Positions 58,437-64,000 of a stretch of 64,000 nucleotides of DNA are shown piece by piece. Origin of the DNA: Fidelibacterota bacterium (GTDB taxonomy: Bacteria > Fidelibacterota > SORT01). The stretch lies in the NCBI GenBank assembly GCA_022573815.1, contig JACZTG010000001.1:64882-128881 (forward strand). Reading direction: 5' to 3'. Under the pieces are notes generated by a model. It saw nothing but the letters and a program-made list of their open reading frames with translations, did no database searches and had not been told where the DNA came from. The position numbers were made by a program, and so were the translations under genes. Within the stretch, counting starts at the first letter, position 1. Each line of letters starts with the position of its first letter.

Positions 58437-61399
58437 CGCTATTCCGATTTTTCAGTTTAATTCTGGCTTACTTATTATCCGCAAATGTTGTTGTTAATGC
58501 CCAATTTCAACGTAATAACCATACAGAATTAAATTGGAAAACGATCGAGACCGAACATTTTAGCGTAACTTATCATCAAGGGCTGGAAACTTCTGCTGGG
58601 CGTGTTGCAAAGATAGCAGAGGAAATCTATCATCCCGTTACGGCTCTGTATAATTATGAGCCTCAGAACCCGATTCATTTTATAATTCAGGACACTGACG
58701 ATATATCCAACGGCGCCGCATATTTTTATGATAATAAAATCGTTATCTGGGCGTTACCTATGGACTACGACCTCCGCGGAACGCATAACTGGCTTCGGGA
58801 TGTGGTTACTCACGAATTTACTCATATAGTGTCAATGCAAGCAGCAATGCGATTCAACAGACATATTCCGGCTCTCTATTTTCAGTGGTTTAGGTATGAG
58901 AATGAACGACGTGATGATGTCGTCAGAGGATTTCCAAATGGGATAGTTTCCTATCCTTACGCGGGACTTACGGTGCCTTTGTGGTTCGCCGAAGGAGCGG
59001 CTCAGTATAACAGCGGTACATTAAAGTATGACCATTGGGATTCTCATAGGGATATGTTATTGAGGGAGCGGTCACTCAACGGGTCTCTGTTAAACTTGGA
59101 TGATATGGCGGTTTTCGGGAAAGTCGGCATTGGAAACGAGAGTGTTTATAATCAGGGATATTCATTTATAACCTATATTGCTGACCGGTTCGGAGAACAA
59201 TCAATAAGTAAGATAGCTAAAGCATTTTCCTCAACGCTTCCGATTTCCATCTCCGGCGCTATAAAGAAGGCAACAGGGATTGAGGGAGAGATAGTTTTTG
59301 AAGATTGGAAAAGAAAAATTGGCATTGATTACACTGGCAACACCAATATCATTCAGCAGAACCTTGCAGAGGGAACGGTAATAAGCAAAGGTGGAGCCGC
59401 GAATTTGTTTCCTACATGGTCGCAAGACGGCAACAAAATCGCTTATCTGTCGAGCAAGAATCATATATCTTTTGGACGTACTGACTTAATGCTGTTCAAC
59501 GCAGAGAATGGAAATAGTGAGAAAATCGCTTCTTCAGTCGGTACTTCACCTTCATGGTCACCCGACGGAAACGAGCTGGTTTACGGCAGGGTAAGTAAGC
59601 CGGATAAACACGGATCGACATATTTTGATCTGTACCGCTACGATATTAAGAAAAAGAAAGAGAAAAGACTCACTCACGGAAGCAGAGGAAGGTATCCGGC
59701 ATTCTCTCCTGATGGTAAGGAGATTGTGTTTGTCACTACTAATGACGGCGCAAGCAGTTTGATGGTTTACGATATCAAGACCGAAACGATAAGAGAATTA
59801 TTGAGTTTTGAGGAGATAAGACAAGCCTATAAATTGGATTGGTCGCCTGACGGAAATTCAATACTCTTTGAAACTTCTACAGAAAACGGAAGAGATATTG
59901 CGCTCGTTAATGCCGATGGCAGCGAATTCAGGATGCTTCTGAATAGCCCGGCGGATGAACGTCACCCTGTCTTTTCGCCTGATGGCGAAAAAATATATTA
60001 TTCCTCCGATAAAACGGGCATATTCAATATTTATTCATATGATTTGACCAATAGTGAGACTAAACAATGGACTAATGTTACAGGCGGCGCTTTTATGCCG
60101 TCGGTTTCTTCAAAAGGAGAACTGAGCTATTCGCGGTTTGAGGGGACAGAATATAAACTTTCGCTATTGAAGCTGGGAAACGAGGTAAAACCTGAACATT
60201 CGGTTTATAATAACTATCTGGAGACTTTGCCAACAGTTGATTATGACCAAAATTCTCTCCCGGAATATGAATCAAAAGAGTATGTGGCCACCACCATGAC
60301 TACGTTTTTTATGCCTCGATTGATGATTGATTACGGCACCGTAAAGGTGGGTGGATATGTTTTCTCCAACGAGCTGCTCAATAAAATAAGTGTCATCGGA
60401 GGAGCAACAATCAACAAGGATTACGATTACGATTTATACCTTCGATTCGATTTCAATCGTTTATCGCCTAATATTTTTATTGAAGCGTACGGGATTTCAC
60501 AAAACGTAGTAGATTCGTTGGTGTTACCCGGTCAAACTACTCCACTTGATATAAAGTTCAATCTAAAGGAAGTGTCTCCGGGGATGACTTTTTACAGGGG
60601 AGTGAAAGATCAGTTCACTTTCAGACTAACGTATAGTATTTATTCTGCCTCTCAATCAGGATTTCTTATAGATGATTTCGGTGGTTTAGTTAAAACTTCG
60701 TTCGGTTATGATTACTTCATAGGTAGGTCGGCATCGGTGGAATGGGGAAGAGACAATAGAGAGAGAACTGCAAAGAGTTATATTGCGAGAGATAACGGTA
60801 TGCGGTGGCGTTTATCATACGCATATAAGCGGGATAAATTCATAGTTGATTTTGCTCGAAATGAAGATTTCGGAACAATTGAGGAGGTCTTTATCCCATT
60901 TAATTATCAGCAATTGGATTTGAATATTGATAAATATTTCAGCCTTCCCGGCAATAGCGCACTTGCCTTGAATATAGAAGGTGGTTATATTTCTAATAAC
61001 GTAAACGACTTTCTCCACTACTTTGGAGGAGGCCTCCTTGGGATGAAAGGATATTCGTATTACAGCTATGGTGGCGAGCGAAAAATACTCGGCACGGTAA
61101 CGTTAAATGCTCCTATATCAAATGGGATTAACAAGGCTTTATTAAACCTTTACATTAGGGATTTATATGGCGGAATTTTCTTCCAATACGGAGATGCATG
61201 GATAGGAACAGCGAGGATAAATGAATTCAAACGGACGGTCGGTTATTCCATCAGAGTTGGCGCTTATTCGTTCTATGCTTTTCCAACGGCATTCGAATTT
61301 CAGGCTGCGTATGGACTCGATAAATTCAGTGATGAGCAAGGAATCGTCCGGGGAAATGAATGGCGATATTATTTTACGCTTTTGTTTGATTTTCTCTAA
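58433..61399 (+). CDS. Outer-membrane protein with an N-terminal HExxH metallopeptidase-like region, TolB-like PD40 beta-propeller repeats and a C-terminal beta-barrel
   Basis: Signal peptide. HExxH as VVTHEFTHIV. Repeated SPDG motifs (WSPDGNELVYG, FSPDGKEIVF, WSPDGNSILF, FSPDGEKIYYSSDKTG). A C-terminal about 400 aa with alternating beta-strands ends in FDFL. ATGA coupling to the upstream gene. Confidence 0.55.
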   Translation: MTLFRFFSLILAYLLSANVVVNAQFQRNNHTELNWKTIETEHFSVTYHQGLETSAGRVAKIAEEIYHPVTALYNYEPQNPIHFIIQDTDDISNGAAYFYDNKIVIWALPMDYDLRGTHNWLRDVVTHEFTHIVSMQAAMRFNRHIPALYFQWFRYENERRDDVVRGFPNGIVSYPYAGLTVPLWFAEGAAQYNSGTLKYDHWDSHRDMLLRERSLNGSLLNLDDMAVFGKVGIGNESVYNQGYSFITYIADRFGEQSISKIAKAFSSTLPISISGAIKKATGIEGEIVFEDWKRKIGIDYTGNTNIIQQNLAEGTVISKGGAANLFPTWSQDGNKIAYLSSKNHISFGRTDLMLFNAENGNSEKIASSVGTSPSWSPDGNELVYGRVSKPDKHGSTYFDLYRYDIKKKKEKRLTHGSRGRYPAFSPDGKEIVFVTTNDGASSLMVYDIKTETIRELLSFEEIRQAYKLDWSPDGNSILFETSTENGRDIALVNADGSEFRMLLNSPADERHPVFSPDGEKIYYSSDKTGIFNIYSYDLTNSETKQWTNVTGGAFMPSVSSKGELSYSRFEGTEYKLSLLKLGNEVKPEHSVYNNYLETLPTVDYDQNSLPEYESKEYVATTMTTFFMPRLMIDYGTVKVGGYVFSNELLNKISVIGGATINKDYDYDLYLRFDFNRLSPNIFIEAYGISQNVVDSLVLPGQTTPLDIKFNLKEVSPGMTFYRGVKDQFTFRLTYSIYSASQSGFLIDDFGGLVKTSFGYDYFIGRSASVEWGRDNRERTAKSYIARDNGMRWRLSYAYKRDKFIVDFARNEDFGTIEEVFIPFNYQQLDLNIDKYFSLPGNSALALNIEGGYISNNVNDFLHYFGGGLLGMKGYSYYSYGGERKILGTVTLNAPISNGINKALLNLYIRDLYGGIFFQYGDAWIGTARINEFKRTVGYSIRVGAYSFYAFPTAFEFQAAYGLDKFSDEQGIVRGNEWRYYFTLLFDFL

Positions 61400-61417
61400 T
61401 ACTTTATTAAAAAAATT

Positions 61418-62188
61418 ATGAAATTTAATTATTTAATATTAGCCATCTGTCTTTTACTCGCAGCGTCAGATTCTTTCGCTTCCGATAAAAACAGGGGGAG
61501 AAAAATAATTCTTGATTCGGGAGAAACGGTCGAATTTGCTTATTTCAGCGAAGAATCACCTGCGCAGGACAGCTCCGGAAATCGAGTGGTTGTGAAACGT
61601 CCCGGTATATCTTTCCTGAGTTCGGCAATTATACCCGGAGCGGGTCAATACTATAACGGCTCAAAAAAACGAGCCGCAGCATTTTTAGCGGTTGAAGTGG
61701 GTCTATGGGTAGGCTATGCTGCGTTTCAAGGTAAGGGTCGCGATAAGGAGGATGAATATCAGGCTCTTGCAGACCAATATTGGGATTTTACCAGGTATAA
61801 TCCGACAGAAGATGAACAATCACAGGGCCATACTATTCCGCTTGATGCCAATGATAATGTGATAAAAACTAATGAATATTATGAAAATATCGGGAAGTAC
61901 GATAAGTTTAACAGAGGATGGGAAGGGGCGATTATAGGTTCCAATTCAACGACAACGGAAGAAAGGGAGGTGTATCTGAATCTTAGAAAAGACTCCAACG
62001 ACTTCTTTGGATTGGCAACCACAGCAGCTTCTTTAGCGATACTCAATCATATATTGTCCGTGGGTGACGCTATATTTACGGCTAAAAAGCTAAATGACGA
62101 AGCGTCGCTGAAAATATCTGTCAAACCGTTACCAACCGGAAAAGGAAACGAATTTGTGAACGCACTTTCGATCGGTATCGCATGGTAA
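61418..62188 (+). CDS. Hypothetical exported protein (DUF5683-like hydrophobic hairpin)
   Basis: Signal peptide. FLSSAIIPGAGQYYNGSKKRAAAFLAVEVGLWVGYAAF resembles a DUF5683 membrane-embedded segment. Confidence 0.4.
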   Translation: MKFNYLILAICLLLAASDSFASDKNRGRKIILDSGETVEFAYFSEESPAQDSSGNRVVVKRPGISFLSSAIIPGAGQYYNGSKKRAAAFLAVEVGLWVGYAAFQGKGRDKEDEYQALADQYWDFTRYNPTEDEQSQGHTIPLDANDNVIKTNEYYENIGKYDKFNRGWEGAIIGSNSTTTEEREVYLNLRKDSNDFFGLATTAASLAILNHILSVGDAIFTAKKLNDEASLKISVKPLPTGKGNEFVNALSIGIAW

Positions 62189-62985
62189 ATGTTAAAATGA
62201 AATTTTTAATTATTATATATATATCGGCTATTGCGTTATTCCTGACAGGGTGTGGTTCAAAGAAGAACAACGAACTGGAGCCTGTGGATGTTCGCTTCGA
62301 AAGAGGAATGGAGTATTTTCAAAAGAAAAAATATTCCAAATCCATAATCGAATTTAAATTTGTTACCTTTAACGCACCGGCAAGTGAAATTGGCGACGAT
62401 GCACAATTCTATCTGGCTGAGGCGCATTTCTATTCGAAAGAGTATATTCTCGCAATCTCTGAATACGAGCGGTTGGTTCGAATACATCCTGAAAGCCCGC
62501 TTGTGGATGAAAGCCAGTATAAGAGAGCGCTTTGTTTCGATATACTTTCCCCAAAATCTTATCACGATCAGGAAAATACGATCAAAGCCCTTGACGCATA
62601 TCAGGAATATATTGAGGAATGGCCTCAAAGCGAAAATAAAGAAAAAGCAGAAGGCCGCTTGGATAAATTGAGGTTCAAGCTGGCAAAAAAAGTATATGAT
62701 GCCGGAATGCAATATCGAAAATTGGATGAGTGTAAATCATCCATCATATACCTTCGACAGGTATTGGATAAGTATTATGATAGTGAGTTTGCGCCAGGGG
62801 CGCGCTGGAACATCGCAAGGTGTGAAATAAAACTTGAAAACTGGAGTGATGCGCTGGCAATGCTTATCGAAATTATCAATCGTAATGACGATTCTGAATA
62901 TCTGAAAAAAGCACAAGAAGTATTGCCTGAGGTAAGAGAAAATGCGGAAAAATCTGAAGAACAAGCCCTTTTAGAAGATAACTGA
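62182..62985 (+). CDS. bamD: Outer-membrane protein assembly factor BamD-like TPR lipoprotein
   Basis: Lipobox LTGCGS. BamD/YfiO-like TPR arrangement. 267 aa. Confidence 0.65.
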   Translation: MVNVKMKFLIIIYISAIALFLTGCGSKKNNELEPVDVRFERGMEYFQKKKYSKSIIEFKFVTFNAPASEIGDDAQFYLAEAHFYSKEYILAISEYERLVRIHPESPLVDESQYKRALCFDILSPKSYHDQENTIKALDAYQEYIEEWPQSENKEKAEGRLDKLRFKLAKKVYDAGMQYRKLDECKSSIIYLRQVLDKYYDSEFAPGARWNIARCEIKLENWSDALAMLIEIINRNDDSEYLKKAQEVLPEVRENAEKSEEQALLEDN

Positions 62986-63028
62986 TTCAACATCATTGCA
63001 TAAAAACACTTTAATTTTAGCCTAAATT

Positions 63029-63613
63029 ATGAAAATAGGATTATTCGGCGGAACGTTTGATCCTCCTCATCTTGGTCACATTCGGCTGGCTCTTTACGTT
63101 TTAAATGAGAAAAACCTCCAAAAGGTAATGTTAGTTCCTGCGTATAAAACTCCTTATGATGATAAGCAGTCCACTGTTTCATTCGAGCATCGTTTCAGTA
63201 TGGCAAAACTCGCCGTCGAAGCTCATCCTGATTTGGAAGTCAGTGATATTGAGGGGAAGCGCGGCGGTCAATCCTATACGATTGATACTATTCGCCAGGT
63301 CAAAAAGCTTTATGGTTTGTCTTCAGAGGAGCTGTATCTGATTGTGGGAGCTGATGGTTTTCTCCGCTTTTCCGAGTGGAAAGAGCCCGAATCAATCCTC
63401 ACCGAATGCCGTGTTTGCGTTCTTAAGAGAAATGATATTGATAGCAAAAATTATAATAATGAATTTCTCAAGAAGGCGGAACTGCTTGATAACGATTTCT
63501 ATGATGTATCGTCCCGGGAGCTGAGAAATAGAATAGCGAATGGAGATGATTTAGGAGATTTGATTGACAGCGGAGTATCGGAATATATCAGAGAGAACGG
63601 ATTATATGTCTGA
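63029..63613 (+). CDS. nadD: Nicotinate-nucleotide adenylyltransferase
   Basis: MKIGLFGGTFDPPHLGH (HxGH nucleotidyltransferase motif). 194 aa. Confidence 0.9.
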   Translation: MKIGLFGGTFDPPHLGHIRLALYVLNEKNLQKVMLVPAYKTPYDDKQSTVSFEHRFSMAKLAVEAHPDLEVSDIEGKRGGQSYTIDTIRQVKKLYGLSSEELYLIVGADGFLRFSEWKEPESILTECRVCVLKRNDIDSKNYNNEFLKKAELLDNDFYDVSSRELRNRIANGDDLGDLIDSGVSEYIRENGLYV

Positions 63614-63679
63614 TATTCCTTTAATTATCCGATAATATAACTGGAATAAGAATCTCAGCTATTATAAATTTCCCACATT

Positions 63680-63753
63680 GCCCTCGTAGCTCAGCCGGAT
63701 AGAGCGACGGTTTCCTAAACCGTAGGCCGCAGGTTCGAGTCCTGCCGTGGGCA
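63680..63753 (+). tRNA. tRNA-Arg (anticodon CCT)
   Basis: Manual fold: acceptor GCCCTCG/CGTGGGC with one T:T mispair at 5:68. D-arm GCTC-AGCCGGATA-GAGC. Anticodon arm ACGGT-TTCCTAA-ACCGT. T-arm GCAGG-TTCGAGT-CCTGC. Discriminator A. No encoded CCA. Confidence 0.8.
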
Positions 63754-63827
63754 CATAATTCAATCTGAAATACTGATAAATCAGCCGATAAATATCAGTG
63801 TTCATTGAGAGGTATAGTGCTGTGCGA

Positions 63828-64000
63828 ATGAAGATTTTATCAGCCACCTGTATTGTTATAGCTACGTTCCTGATAGGTTGCGAAGACCCGGACGTTATTC
63901 CGCCGACGATAAGTATCACTAATCCGGCGGACGGCGTCACACTGACAAGAGCGGTGACCATAAAAGTAGATGCCTCGGATGATGAAGCTGTGGATATAGT
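63828..64000 (+). CDS. Lipoprotein, N-terminal fragment (3' end lies outside the window), probable Ig-like domain
   Basis: ATG at 63828. MKILSATCIVIATFLIGCEDPD (lipobox LIGC) followed by a PADGVTLT...VDASDDEAVD BIg-like start. Confidence 0.4.
   Translation, partial: MKILSATCIVIATFLIGCEDPDVIPPTISITNPADGVTLTRAVTIKVDASDDEAVDI

Noticed and set aside
63662-63961. 99-aa minus-strand ORF
   Set aside because: It overlaps the tRNA-Arg gene and the start of the + strand lipoprotein, has no RBS and an unusual composition. Spurious.
1-64000. Scan for CRISPR arrays, rRNA, IS elements and toxin-antitoxin pairs
   Set aside because: I saw no regularly spaced direct repeats, no rRNA-like conserved blocks, no transposase-like ORFs and no small adjacent ORF pairs typical of TA modules.

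Overview
The window is a 64 kb bacterial chromosomal segment with about 40-42% GC, almost entirely coding, and with nearly all genes on the + strand. There is one short minus-strand block at 26.1-29.2 kb. Type IX secretion markers (a PorV-like protein, a cargo with a T9SS C-terminal sorting domain), a BatA-E aerotolerance operon and BamD point to an FCB-superphylum organism. Unlike Bacteroidia, it uses clear Shine-Dalgarno sites (for example AAGGAG before the PorV-like gene at 54164, GGAGG before purC and mutL), so I do not assign a phylum.

Most of the window is housekeeping: dnaB (3' part), rel, HU/IHF, ruvX, lnt, truA, a transaldolase/FSA, htrA, purB-purC-psd-pssA-purS-purQ, tatA, gatA, efp-accB-accC, gcvH-gcvPA, xerC/D-like, mutL, miaA, nadD and tRNA-Arg(CCT).

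The accessory content worth attention is:
1. A locus at about 42.2-53.9 kb. It holds type IV pilus/T2SS-like genes (a prepilin peptidase, a PilB/GspE ATPase with an MshEN-type N-domain, a sigma-54 activator, PilC/GspF). Both receiver domains in the locus are degenerate, with Asp replaced by Ser at the phospho-acceptor site. Immediately downstream is a complete partner-switching module (a membrane GAF-PP2C, a STAS antagonist, an RsbW-like Ser kinase, a soluble GAF-PP2C). There is no histidine kinase, sigma factor or pilin gene in the locus. This is my best candidate for an undescribed regulatory system.
2. An archaeal-type GGGP-synthase/PcrB homolog fused onto a truncated glycine-cleavage cluster.
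3. A T9SS block: a PorV-like protein, a 1030-aa FG-GAP cargo, and a 988-aa outer-membrane protein with an HExxH motif, PD40 repeats and a C-terminal beta-barrel.
4. A convergent pair with overlapping stop codons: a PHP-domain protein and a DUF1704 (QEGLA-motif) protein.

I found no CRISPR array, no rRNA and no obvious transposon.
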